This document shows, piece by piece, positions 27,537 to 38,000 of a DNA stretch of 64,000 nt. Location: NCBI GenBank assembly GCA_035353815.1, contig DAOQAG010000001.1, positions 17,159-81,158 of the forward strand. The letters are read 5' to 3'. Source of the stretch: a bacterium. GTDB lineage: Bacteria; Zhuqueibacterota; Zhuqueibacteria; Residuimicrobiales; Residuimicrobiaceae. Positions within the stretch are counted from its first letter, which is position 1; each line of letters begins with the position of its first letter. The notes below the pieces were generated by a model, which saw only the letters and a list, made by a program, of their open reading frames with translations, searched no databases and was not told the DNA's origin. Made by a program: the position numbers and the translations under genes.

Positions 27537-29729
27537 TTAACGGATAATGACCAGCTTGCGAACGGCGGTGTCGCCTTTCTTGTAGAGCAGGGTATTGGTG
27601 GCCGAATCGTACTGATCCGCCGTGACTTCAAAGTGAACGATGTAGATGCCACTGACCACCACCTGGCGCGAGCTGGTGATGGAATTCCAGCTCTCATCCC
27701 CGCTGCCGTCTTCGTGCGAAATCTGGTTGATCAGATCGCCGCGCTCGGTAAAGATGCGAATGGTGCAGTGTCCGGGGATGTTGAGGAACATGATCTTGTC
27801 GTTCTCGCCGGTGTACTGCAGCACCCGCGATTTGATGTTGTAGGGATTGGGCACGATCCGGATGCCCGGGGTGATCACATTGCCATCGGCATCGACCACG
27901 TCTTCCAGGCTTGAGCCTGCCTGCCGGCGCAGGTAGGCCGGTTCGGTGGTCTGGGTGTAGTAGCGACTGCTCAGCAAGGGTCCTGGCGGATTGCACTCGC
28001 CGCTGCTGTTCTTGCTGCCGTCGTTGAAGGCGGAGACATAATAGTAATAGGAGATGCCGCGGATGGCCGAGACATCGGCAAAGGCATGGATATCCTTGCC
28101 ACCGCTGTAGATCTCCTGAAAGACCGTGTCGGTGCGCCCGACCGCGCGAAAGACCTTGTAGCCCGCAAAGTCGGACTCGCTCTCCGAGGGACTGGCGGAC
28201 CAGGAAACCGTGATGCGGTCGCCGCCCGATTTGACATCGACCAGGGGCGGTGGCTGCGGCGGCTGGGGAATCTTGTACTCGGCGTCCATGGCGCGCTTGG
28301 CGCGGCCGAAGGTCATCAGGATCGAATCCTTGCCGGTGAACACCCACTTGTTCTTGTAGACATCCTTGTCGTTGGTGGTGCTGCCATCGGGCAGGGTGAA
28401 GGGGCCCTTGTCACCCGGATCGAGATAGGCTTTCTTCCAGCGGGCGCCGATCGATTCGCACATCTGCCGGTTGAGGCCGGAGACGCCTTCGGCCTCAACA
28501 AAGGTGACCGACTCACCCGGCTGCAGGTCCCAGGGGCCGTAACAGGCCCAGACATTGGTGCCGCCGCCGTCGTTGTGCACTGTGGAGGGATCGGGATGGG
28601 TGGCCATGTAGGTTTCATCAAAGCGGGTCGTTCCGCCCAGTCCCATGTAGGGATTGCCGCTGAGGACGTTGTAGAGGATGGCCATGGAGGGTTCACCCTC
28701 TTTGGTATAGCTGGTGACACCGGGATAGGAGTCGCCCGCATGCCACCCCAGTTTGAGCAGCTGCGCCGGATCATCGCTATGATCGCCCGCCGACTTGTCG
28801 ACGTGGAGAATGGCCACGCCCGCATGCTGGGGGGAGGCCAGCCGTCCGTTTTTGGAGATGTACGGGCCGCCGATATTATCAAAGGCGTTGACCGGATTCT
28901 GCCCGACGTATTCAAAACCGCAGCGGATCCAGTCGACGATGGGATTGGCTTCGGTGATCTTTTCACCGGCATGCGCCGCATAGTTCTCGCCGCGCTTGGT
29001 AACCCAGCTGAACTTGCCGTAGGTTTGCGCCGATCCCACCGGGCTGGCACCGTCCCGGCACACCGAGTAGCGCACTCCGAAACTGAAGCGGACGCCCGTG
29101 AGGGGGCGTGTCAGCTCGATCTCGGAGTCATAATCGGTATTACCGGTGTTCTCCAGCGTCCAGGTCTGGATGAAATAATTGTTATGGTACTGCTGGGAGA
29201 AGGCATAGATGGTCCGGGTGATGGTAAGGCCGATCAGGGTATTGACCTTGTTGATGACAATACGGTCGGGAATGATCGTGGGATCGATCTCATCGACATC
29301 CGTGGCATACGGAGCGCTGATATCAATGCCGTCCACGTAGACCGTCGGCAGCGCAAATTTGGCGATCTGCTTGAGTTCTACCGGGAAGAGAGCGGTCCCG
29401 ACATTGCCTTCGGAAAAGGTGATCGCGAAATTGTCATAATGTTCATCGCGGGCATTGGTAAAGTTGGTGCAGCCGATCCACTGCCGGCGGATCACCGAAT
29501 TGTCCTGATAGAAATACCCGGCCGGCCAGCGCAGGCCCTCATAATAGGTGTTGTTCCAGGCGCGGTCGGAACCGTAGGCGGTGTAATGGTTTTGCAGCTC
29601 ACCAATACGAATATAGCGCCGGTCCGTAGAGACCACCTGCGAAAACGCCGCGAACCAAATTCCGGTGAGCATCAGGGTGAGGATGATCCCCTTGAGACCG
29701 GGCATTGGGGGGTGATAGGTTCTCTTCAT
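27537..29729 (-). CDS. ~730-aa secreted beta-rich protein with an FN3-like domain and a T9SS-type C-terminal sorting domain; it sits in the 'SusD position' downstream of TonB-dependent transporter 1 (partner 1, uncharacterised family)
   Basis: Signal 'GIILTLMLTGIWFAAFSQ', conserved 'FSQQYHNNYFIQ', FN3-like 'ITVSWSASPSESESDFAGYKVFRAVGRTD', and C-terminus 'VPNPYNIKSRVLQYTGENDKIMFLNIPGHCTIRIFTERGDLI ... SGIYIVHFEVT ... RKLVIIR'. It has no lipobox and no TPR/SusD signature. An RBS precedes the ATG, which lies 17 nt after the transporter's stop codon. Confidence 0.6.
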   Translation of the reverse strand: MKRTYHPPMPGLKGIILTLMLTGIWFAAFSQVVSTDRRYIRIGELQNHYTAYGSDRAWNNTYYEGLRWPAGYFYQDNSVIRRQWIGCTNFTNARDEHYDNFAITFSEGNVGTALFPVELKQIAKFALPTVYVDGIDISAPYATDVDEIDPTIIPDRIVINKVNTLIGLTITRTIYAFSQQYHNNYFIQTWTLENTGNTDYDSEIELTRPLTGVRFSFGVRYSVCRDGASPVGSAQTYGKFSWVTKRGENYAAHAGEKITEANPIVDWIRCGFEYVGQNPVNAFDNIGGPYISKNGRLASPQHAGVAILHVDKSAGDHSDDPAQLLKLGWHAGDSYPGVTSYTKEGEPSMAILYNVLSGNPYMGLGGTTRFDETYMATHPDPSTVHNDGGGTNVWACYGPWDLQPGESVTFVEAEGVSGLNRQMCESIGARWKKAYLDPGDKGPFTLPDGSTTNDKDVYKNKWVFTGKDSILMTFGRAKRAMDAEYKIPQPPQPPPLVDVKSGGDRITVSWSASPSESESDFAGYKVFRAVGRTDTVFQEIYSGGKDIHAFADVSAIRGISYYYYVSAFNDGSKNSSGECNPPGPLLSSRYYTQTTEPAYLRRQAGSSLEDVVDADGNVITPGIRIVPNPYNIKSRVLQYTGENDKIMFLNIPGHCTIRIFTERGDLINQISHEDGSGDESWNSITSSRQVVVSGIYIVHFEVTADQYDSATNTLLYKKGDTAVRKLVIIR

Positions 29730-29746
29730 TTTAATTCCTCGTGCAA

Positions 29747-32700
29747 TTAAAAGTTGATCCTGATGCCGAACGTGATATCACGCGGATTCAGCCACCAGAG
29801 GGAATCGATGTTCGGATTATCGATATAGGACTTGTTCTCCTTGCGCACCTTGTTGCGCGCCGTGATGGCCGGGTCGTTATAGGGATTGAGCTCAAGGGCT
29901 TCATATTTGGTCCCTTCGGGGCGCAGATCACCGATCTTGTCGCTCCCCTTTTCATCCCCCTTCTCCCAGTCAAAATTGAGAGATTCGAGATAATCCACAT
30001 AATCATAATTGTCCGAAAAACCAGCAGAATTGAGATACTTGATATCGAGCACGTTGGTAAAATCAAGATAGAGCTGGCTCTCCATTTTCGCGATGCGGAT
30101 CGATTTGGCCAGACGCAGATCGAGATTATACCAGTTCTTCCAGCGCACATTGTCCACTACGCCCGGGATATTGTTGGGATTGTAGGTGACGTAACTGCCG
30201 GCCCGCCAGTCCCCGAGCAGGCTGACGTTGAAAGATTCGAACGGATGCAGGCCGGAGATTTGCGGACCAAATCCTTTGGGCGTGTGCAGATCGAGGTTCA
30301 TGCGGGCATAGGGGCGCGGATGCGGCCGCTCCTGATAGAGATTTTCGCGCAGGTAGGCCCGCTGTTCGTTGGGATTTTCATAATTGGAAACCAGCCCGAA
30401 ATAGCCGCTGGTGGAAACCTCATAGGTATAATTCACAAAACCGGTGATCCACTCGCCGCTCTGTTTGGTCAGGGTCGCCTCAAAGCCGCGGATATCCTGG
30501 TAGCGATTGTTCTCGGCCTTGTAGTAATCGACCGTGCCCTTGAAATTGTGATAATAGACCCAGCCGGCCTGATTGCTCACGTCCTTGTAATGGGCGGCGA
30601 GATTCAACAGCATCGTCCCGAAAAGACTCTGCGAATAGCCCAGTTCGTAGGAGACGGTCTTTTCCATTTCCATATTGGGATCGCCCAGGTAGGTGACCAG
30701 GCCGCTGCGTTCCTGCTGCATCCGGAACCGGTAGGAGGAATAGGCCTCCTGACGGAAATGGCCATAGTTGAAATAGAGCTTGCTGTTGTCGGTGATGGGG
30801 TGCGAAATGCCCAGGCGCGGACTCCAGTAGGTCCGGGATTTCGATTTCGCCTTGGCCACGTGGGTCGAGATCTCTTTGCCATATCCGGCCCCAAGATTGA
30901 CATCGTAGGCATCGAGTACGAGATAATCGCCATTCGGATGGACCTGATCCATGCGTAAGCCAAGGTTGGCGACAAAACCCTGATACTCGATCTTGTCCTG
31001 TGCAAAGGCACCAATGCGGAAGGGGAAGACGTTGTAGGTCATCGCGCGGTTCCAGGTATCCATGGAAGGGCTCACGGTACTGGATTTGATATCATAGTCA
31101 TTATAGACGGCCTGAACACCCGTCTTGAGCTGGTGCCGTGCGGAGATCTGGCTGGTCAGGTCGGCTTTGAAGGTGGTGGTGCTGTTCACGCTTTTGTCGC
31201 GCCCCAGGTTCATCCAGCCGCCCATCCGGTCACCGTTGATGCTGTTGGTGCCGTAGCCCCAGTACCCGTAGGGCATTTCATCGACAAAATAGCCGGGCAG
31301 GATCTGGTTCGTCCTGGTCGTGTCGCGCAGGCTCATCTGGTAGGTATTGGTGCGGTTGTATTGATACTCCAGGGCGACCTCATAGAAGGTGCGGGGTGAA
31401 AGCATGTGCGTCAGCTTCAGACCATGCACCTGCCGGTAAATGGCGGTGGGGCTGTAGTAGGCGGGCACATAGAGAACGGCCAGGCCATCGGTGCTGTTGA
31501 GCAGATCGGCGATCTCACTCTGATCGCGCAGGACATACCCGGTCGGTGTGGTGGTCCAGTTGTACGGGGAGACCGAGTAGACCTCGCCGTAGAGGCCGGT
31601 ATACATCAACTTCATGTTCCTGGCCGGATCGGAGGTCAGCTTGAGCTGGGTATAGTTCTCGTTGTAGCCGTCACGGGAGAGAGGATAGATGAACATCTCC
31701 TGTTCGCGGAAGTGGCTGAGGAAGAAGCGCGTATGGCCGAACTGATTCAGCAGGGGTACCGGACCGCCGAAGCCCAAATCCGCCACATAGTCGGGTTTGG
31801 TGATATCGCCCTGGCGGCGGTGCTGCCATTCATATACCTTTTTCGCCCCCTCGGCTGTAACGTCATTAGTGGGATTGGCATCCTGCAGGGTCTTGTCCGC
31901 CACCGACTGCCAGCCGTCAAAGTTGGGGTACTGGCTGCGCGTGTACTCATCCCAGGCGCCATTATCGGTGCCCGTGTAACAGACCGCCGGATCGAGATAG
32001 ACGCGGTTGAAATAGGACATGGGATCATAGAGGGAGAGGCCGAAATGCTTGGAGGCCGGGGGACTGTAATTAAGATTGGCGGTAAAATTGTAGCGTGCAG
32101 CATCCCCTTCCTTGGTGATCACATTGACCAGACCGGAACGGACGTTGCCATATTCGGCGTTGAACCCGCCTGTCTGGATCTGGATCTCTTTCACCGCGCT
32201 CATCGACAGCGCGGCGTAGGGAATATTGGAGCGCTCATCGTTCAGCGAGAGGCCGTCGAGCAGCATGATGGTCTGATTGGCGGCACCGCCGCGGACCAGA
32301 AGGCCTTCGCTGCCCTTCTGGATGCCCGCCTGGAGGACGAGGGCTTCACGCACGGTCTGCACCGGCATATTCTCGATCGTCGCGGTCTCGAGATTGGTCT
32401 GGCTGCTCGAGACATCGCGCTTTACCACCGGGCGCTGCGCCACAACCACGACATTCTCCCCTTCGATGGCCACACTTTTTAGGGCGCGGTTGACTTCGGT
32501 GGTGCGATCGATCTCGACGCGCACCTGCCGCACCTGGTAGGTGGCATAGCCCAGCATGGAGAAACGCAGATCATAGGTGCCGGGCGAAAGGTTAATGATG
32601 GTGAAGCGTCCATCGATGTTGGTCACGGCGCCATAGCTGGTGCCCTCGATGATGACATTGACGCCAGGCAGAGGCCCTCCGGTCTCCGCATCGGTGACCA

Positions 32701-32788
32701 CACCGGTCAATTTGCCGGTGGTGCCGGCAAACAGCCCGCAGGAAAGACCGAGTACCAGAATCAGAATCCATGTGTACAGTCTTGGCAT
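29747..32788 (-). CDS. SusC/RagA-like TonB-dependent outer-membrane transporter 1 (CarboxypepD_reg N-domain, plug, beta-barrel)
   Basis: 'FAGTTGKLTGVVTDAETGGPLPGVNVIIEGTSYGAVTNIDGRFTI' is the CarboxypepD_reg domain; the TonB box is 'ENVVVVAQRP'; the plug is 'LLVRGGAANQTIMLLDGLSLNDE ... GGFNAEYGNVRSGLVNVITK'; the C-terminus '...RDITFGIRINF' ends in an aromatic residue. Confidence 0.8.
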   Translation of the reverse strand: MPRLYTWILILVLGLSCGLFAGTTGKLTGVVTDAETGGPLPGVNVIIEGTSYGAVTNIDGRFTIINLSPGTYDLRFSMLGYATYQVRQVRVEIDRTTEVNRALKSVAIEGENVVVVAQRPVVKRDVSSSQTNLETATIENMPVQTVREALVLQAGIQKGSEGLLVRGGAANQTIMLLDGLSLNDERSNIPYAALSMSAVKEIQIQTGGFNAEYGNVRSGLVNVITKEGDAARYNFTANLNYSPPASKHFGLSLYDPMSYFNRVYLDPAVCYTGTDNGAWDEYTRSQYPNFDGWQSVADKTLQDANPTNDVTAEGAKKVYEWQHRRQGDITKPDYVADLGFGGPVPLLNQFGHTRFFLSHFREQEMFIYPLSRDGYNENYTQLKLTSDPARNMKLMYTGLYGEVYSVSPYNWTTTPTGYVLRDQSEIADLLNSTDGLAVLYVPAYYSPTAIYRQVHGLKLTHMLSPRTFYEVALEYQYNRTNTYQMSLRDTTRTNQILPGYFVDEMPYGYWGYGTNSINGDRMGGWMNLGRDKSVNSTTTFKADLTSQISARHQLKTGVQAVYNDYDIKSSTVSPSMDTWNRAMTYNVFPFRIGAFAQDKIEYQGFVANLGLRMDQVHPNGDYLVLDAYDVNLGAGYGKEISTHVAKAKSKSRTYWSPRLGISHPITDNSKLYFNYGHFRQEAYSSYRFRMQQERSGLVTYLGDPNMEMEKTVSYELGYSQSLFGTMLLNLAAHYKDVSNQAGWVYYHNFKGTVDYYKAENNRYQDIRGFEATLTKQSGEWITGFVNYTYEVSTSGYFGLVSNYENPNEQRAYLRENLYQERPHPRPYARMNLDLHTPKGFGPQISGLHPFESFNVSLLGDWRAGSYVTYNPNNIPGVVDNVRWKNWYNLDLRLAKSIRIAKMESQLYLDFTNVLDIKYLNSAGFSDNYDYVDYLESLNFDWEKGDEKGSDKIGDLRPEGTKYEALELNPYNDPAITARNKVRKENKSYIDNPNIDSLWWLNPRDITFGIRINF

Positions 32789-32851
32789 AATGCTTCTCTC
32801 CTGTAATCCATAATACCTTGAGACAAGAGCCGGGTCAGAACAAGAAAAGGA

Positions 32852-35005
32852 TCAGCGGATGATCACAAATTTGCGAAAGGCGCTTTCACCTTTTTTATAA
32901 AGGATCTGGTTGGTGCTGCTGTCGACATAGTCCTGGGTAACCTCGAAATGGACGATGTAGACGCCGGAGACCACCACCTGCCGCGCCGAGGTGATCGAAT
33001 TCCAGCGTTCGTCGCCGCTGCCGTTCTCATGATGGATGGTATCGATCAGATCGCCCCGTTCGGTATAGATCCGGATGGTGCAGTGACCGGGGATATTGAG
33101 GAACATGATCTTGTCGTCTTCGCCCACATATTGCAGTTTCCGCGAGCGGATATCATAAGGGTTGGGGACAACACGAATATCCTCCAGCCTGCCGCCAGCC
33201 TGACGTGAGAGGTAGGCGGGCTGACTGGCGAATCCATAGAATTTACTGCTGTGCAGCGGACCGGTCGGATTGTACACCCCTTCGCTATTGTTGGAGCCGT
33301 CGTTGACCGCAACGACATAGTAGTAATAGGCCTGGCCGCGGGTGGCTTGCTTGTCGTTGTAGATATAGGATCCGGGACCGCCCGAGAATATTTCGTTATA
33401 GAGGGTGTCCGGCCGTCCGATGGCGCGATAGACCTTGTAACCACCAAAACCGCCGCTGCTTTCCGAACCGCTCGGACCCCAGGAAATGCTGATCATGTCG
33501 CCGCCCGACTTGACCTCAACAAAGGAGGGCGGAAGCGGCGGCTGAGGGATATTGAATCCGGAATCAAAATTGCGTTTGGCCCGGCTGAAGGTGAGCAGGA
33601 TCGAATCCTTGCCGGTCGCGACCCAGGTGTCCTTGTACTCGTCCTTGCTGGTCGTCGTGGCGCCGCCGGGCAAGGAGAAGGGCCCGGTATCACTCGCATT
33701 GTTGTAGGCCTGTTTCCAGCGGCGTCCGATCAGCTCGCATTGCTCCCGCGACAGGCCGGCGACGCCTTCCGCCTCGACGATGGTGATGCTCTCGCCGTGC
33801 GCCAGATCCCAGGGCCCGTAGCAGACCCACATATGGGTGCCACCGGCATCCCCATGCGCTGTGAAGGCATCGGGGCTGGAGGCGAGATATTTTTCGTCAA
33901 AGCGTTCATTGCCGCCGAGGCCGCCCAGGGCCGTACCGGCAGTCATGTCATATAACTTGGCCATCAACGGCAGATCATTGTCGGTCATCAAGCCGGTGGA
34001 AAAAAAGCTCTGGGCATCGGCGCCGTGCCACCCGTTCAGCAGGGGCTGCGCGGGATCGTCCGCCTTGTCGGTTCCGCTTTTGTCGACATGCAGGATGACA
34101 TTGCCCGCGTGCTGGGGCGCGGCCAGGCGTCCGTCGCCGTTGACATCCGGCGCGCCGATGCAATCCCAGGCGATCTCCTTCTTCTGCCCGGCCCAGGCAA
34201 AATTGCAGCGCAGCCAGTCGACCGGACCGTCGGCTTCGGTCAGCTGATCCCCGGCATGGGCGGCATACTTCTCTCCCCGCCGCGTCACCCAGCTCTGCTG
34301 CCCCCACTGCTGCGTGCCACTGGTCATCATCGCTCCCTCACGGCACACGCTGTAGCGTACTCCGGTGCTGATGCGCACCGCTTTGAGCGGGGCTGTCAGT
34401 TCGATCTCGTCATCATAGTCGGTATTGCCGGTATTGGTAAAGGTGAAGACCTTGATGAAATAGTTATCATGGTACTGCTGGGTGAAGTAATAGATCTCCC
34501 GCTGCATCGATAATCCCATGGAGGTGTTGATGCGATTGATGATGACGCGATCCGCTACCAGATCGGGATTGACTTCATCCACATCTCCCGAGTAGATCGC
34601 CGTGATGTCGCTGCCATCGACATAGATGGAAGGGGGAGCAAATTTGGCGATCTGCTTGATCTCTATCGGAAAAATCGCCAGCCCGACATTTTCGTCGGTG
34701 GCCATGGGGAAGGCATACTTTTCATAATACTTGTCGTTCTTGTTTTTAAACTCCCGGCACCCCATCCAGATGCAGTTGATGACCGCATTGTCCTGATAGG
34801 AATAGTCAGCCGGCCACATCAACCCTTCATAATAGGTATTGTTGAAGGCGCGCTCACGTCCATACGACTGGAAAAAGCTCTGCAGCGGACCGACGCGGAC
34901 ATAGCGCCGCTCGGTGCCCAGCAATTGCCCCGTGGCATTCTCGACCATCATCAGCCACGCCAGCGCCCCGACCAACACCGCCAGATATCCGGAATTCTTC
35001 TTCAT
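32852..35005 (-). CDS. Partner 2: paralog (~65% identity) of the 27537..29729 protein, with an FN3-like domain and a T9SS-type CTD
   Basis: 'FTQQYHDNYFIK', 'ISISWGPSGSESSGGFGGYKVYRAIGRPDT', and C-terminus 'VPNPYDIRSRKLQYVGEDDKIMFLNIPGHCTIRIYTERGDLI ... SGVYIVHFEVT ... RKFVIIR'. Confidence 0.6.
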   Translation of the reverse strand: MKKNSGYLAVLVGALAWLMMVENATGQLLGTERRYVRVGPLQSFFQSYGRERAFNNTYYEGLMWPADYSYQDNAVINCIWMGCREFKNKNDKYYEKYAFPMATDENVGLAIFPIEIKQIAKFAPPSIYVDGSDITAIYSGDVDEVNPDLVADRVIINRINTSMGLSMQREIYYFTQQYHDNYFIKVFTFTNTGNTDYDDEIELTAPLKAVRISTGVRYSVCREGAMMTSGTQQWGQQSWVTRRGEKYAAHAGDQLTEADGPVDWLRCNFAWAGQKKEIAWDCIGAPDVNGDGRLAAPQHAGNVILHVDKSGTDKADDPAQPLLNGWHGADAQSFFSTGLMTDNDLPLMAKLYDMTAGTALGGLGGNERFDEKYLASSPDAFTAHGDAGGTHMWVCYGPWDLAHGESITIVEAEGVAGLSREQCELIGRRWKQAYNNASDTGPFSLPGGATTTSKDEYKDTWVATGKDSILLTFSRAKRNFDSGFNIPQPPLPPSFVEVKSGGDMISISWGPSGSESSGGFGGYKVYRAIGRPDTLYNEIFSGGPGSYIYNDKQATRGQAYYYYVVAVNDGSNNSEGVYNPTGPLHSSKFYGFASQPAYLSRQAGGRLEDIRVVPNPYDIRSRKLQYVGEDDKIMFLNIPGHCTIRIYTERGDLIDTIHHENGSGDERWNSITSARQVVVSGVYIVHFEVTQDYVDSSTNQILYKKGESAFRKFVIIR

Positions 35006-35035
35006 GGTGCTATTGCTCCTCTGCCGTCTGCCGGG

Positions 35036-38000
35036 TTAAAAATTGAACTTTAGACCAATAGTGATATCGCGCGGATTTAGAAACGTCAGGGCTTCGATGT
35101 TGGGGTTATCGATATACGATTTGTCTTCCTTGCGTTTGGCATTGCGGGCGGAGATAGTCGGATCGTTGTTGGGATTGGCTTCAAGAGGATCATAGGCGAT
35201 GTCATCCGGCCGGTAGGTGCCGATGCGGTCATCCCCGCGGTTGTCGCCCTTCTCCCAGGAGAAACACAGGGACTGCATGTAGAACTCATAATCGTAGCTG
35301 TCCGAAAAACCGGCATAATTCAGGAATTTGAAATCGAAAACGTTGCTGGCATCTACATAAAACTGGACTTGCAGACCCCGGGCCGTGATCTGCTTGGAGA
35401 GGCGCATATCCAGATAATAGGTATCCTTCCAGCGCACATTATCCTGAATGCCGGCCAGATCGTTGGGATTGTAGGTATCATAGGCACCGGCACTCCAGCC
35501 GCCGAGGATGTTGAGATTGATATCGGCCAGCACCGGCAAGCCCAGGTCATGCGGAGTATGCAGATCGAGGTTGATCCGGGCGTAGGGCTGCGGCCGCGGC
35601 TTGGATTGGTAGGTGTTCAAGGCCACATAGTCCCGCTGCCGCGCCGGGTCCTGATAATAGCTCAACAGCCCGAAATAGCCGCTGGTCCGGACATCGTAGG
35701 TATAGTTGATGAATCCCGAGATCCAGCGCCCCACCGTTTTGTTCAAGGTCAATTCCAGTCCGCGGATATCGGCATAGTTGTTGTTCACCGCCTTGCTGTA
35801 ATTCACTGTGCTGTTGACGTTGATATAGTTGATCCAGCCGGGTTGGTTGGTGATGTCCTTGTAATAGGCGGCGATGTTCAGCAGGAAAAGGTCAAGGAGG
35901 TTTTGACTGTACCCCAGCTCATACTGGATGGTTTTCTCCGGCTGCAAATTGGGATTGCCCAGATAGGTCACCGAGCCGTTCTGCTCGCGCTGCAGCATGA
36001 AACGATTGGCAGAAGAGGGCTCCTGCGTAAAGTGGCCGTAATTGAAATAGAGCTTGGAGTTCGCGGTGATGGGATGGGATACGCCGAGGCGCGGACTCCA
36101 GAGCAGCGAGGATTTGGCGTCAGACTTGCGGACCGTTTGCAGCAGCTGTTTGCCCAGACCCTTGCCAAGATTCTCGTCATAATCGCCCAGCACCATATAG
36201 GTGCCATTGGGATCGCTGTAATCCATGCGCACGCCGAGATTGGCGATGAAACCCTGGAATTCGAGTTTGTCCTGCAGATAGGCCCCGATACGGAAGGGAA
36301 AAACATGGTAGAACATATTACGGCTCCAGCCGTCCGGCAGGGCGGGACTGTCGGTGAAGGAGCGGATGTCATAGTCGTTGTACACGATCTGCACGCCGGT
36401 CTTGATCTGGTTGCGATGGTTGACCTGGCTGGTCAAGTCCAATTTGAGATTGGTGGTCGCATTAATGCTCTTGTCCCGCCCCAGATTCATCCACGCGCCC
36501 ATGCGGTCGCCATTGATGCTCGGAGCGCTGTAGCCCATATAGCCGTAGGGCAGTTCGTCGACATAGTAGCCGGGGACCGGCTGGTAGATCCGGGCGGTGT
36601 CTCGATCCGAGGTCTTGTAGGTGTTGTTGCGGCTATAGTTATACTGCAACGACACATCATAAAACGTCCGGGTGCTGACCATATGCGTCAGTTGCATGCT
36701 GTAGACCTGGCGGTAGATCGAACTCGGACTGTAGTACCCCGGCATGTAGAGAATGGCCCGTCCCTCTGTGGCGGTGGGGAGATCAGCGATCTCGCTCTGA
36801 TCGCGCAGGACCCGGCCGTTGGGCAGGGTCGTCCAGTTATACGGCGAAACCGAATGCACCTCGCCGTATAAGCCGGAGAGGACCAGTTTCATTTTCGGGG
36901 TGAGGTCGCTGGTGAGTTTGAGCCGGGTATAGTTCTCGCCATAGTTATCGCGCGACAGCGGGAAAATGAACATATCCTGCTCGCGGACATGGGTGGCGAG
37001 GAAGCGGAGATGACCAAGACGCGATCCGATCACCGGCACGGGACCGCCAAAGGTGCCGTCGATGATATAGTCCGGCTTCTCGATATCCCCCTGCCGGCGG
37101 TGCTGCCACTCATAGAGACGCCGTGCACCCTCCGGGGTCAGATCGTTGCCGGGATCATTGTCTTGCAGGGTTTTTTCCGAATAGGAGTTCCATCCGTCAA
37201 AGCTGGGGTACTGGCGGCGGGTAAAATCGTCCCAGGCGCCATTATTCGTGCCCGTATAGCAGACCGCCGGATCCATATAGACCCGGTTGAAGAAGGAGTA
37301 GGGATCATAGATCGAAGGGCCGAAGTGTTTGGCGGCCGGCGGGCTGTAGCGCAGGATCAGCGCACCGTTGAATCGGCCCGGTTCGCTCTCCTTGGTGATG
37401 ACATTGACGAGACCGGCGCGCAGATTGCCATATTCGGCATTGAATCCGCCGGTTTGCACATTGATCTCTTTGACAGCGCTGAAGCCGACGGCGGTATAGG
37501 GGATATTGGAGCGTTCGTCGTTCAGGGAGATGCCGTCCATCATAAAGGCGGTCTGGCCGGCACTGCTGCCGCGCACCAGGATGCCCTCGCGGCCGGACTG
37601 GATCCCCGCCTGCAAGCTGAGCACCTGCCGCACGGTTTCGACAGGCATGCTCTCGATCTTGGCCGCCTCGATGCTCATCTGGCTGTTGGAGATATCGCGC
37701 ACCACCAGCGGGCGATCGGCGACAACCACCACTTCCTCCCCCTGCAGGGTTTCCGCCTTGAGCCGGGCATCGCTCTGGGTGGTCAGATCGATCTCTACGC
37801 GCACAGCGCGCATCGTGACCGTGGCATAGCCCATCAGACTGAATTTGAGGTCATAGGTTCCGGGCGGGATGTTGAGAATGAGAAAACGCCCCTCCAGATT
37901 GGTCACCCCGCCGTACCCGCTTCCGGGAATGGTGACGTTGACCCCCGGCAAGTTTTCCCCACTCTCGGCATCGGTGACCATCCCCGTGATTTTGCCTGTT

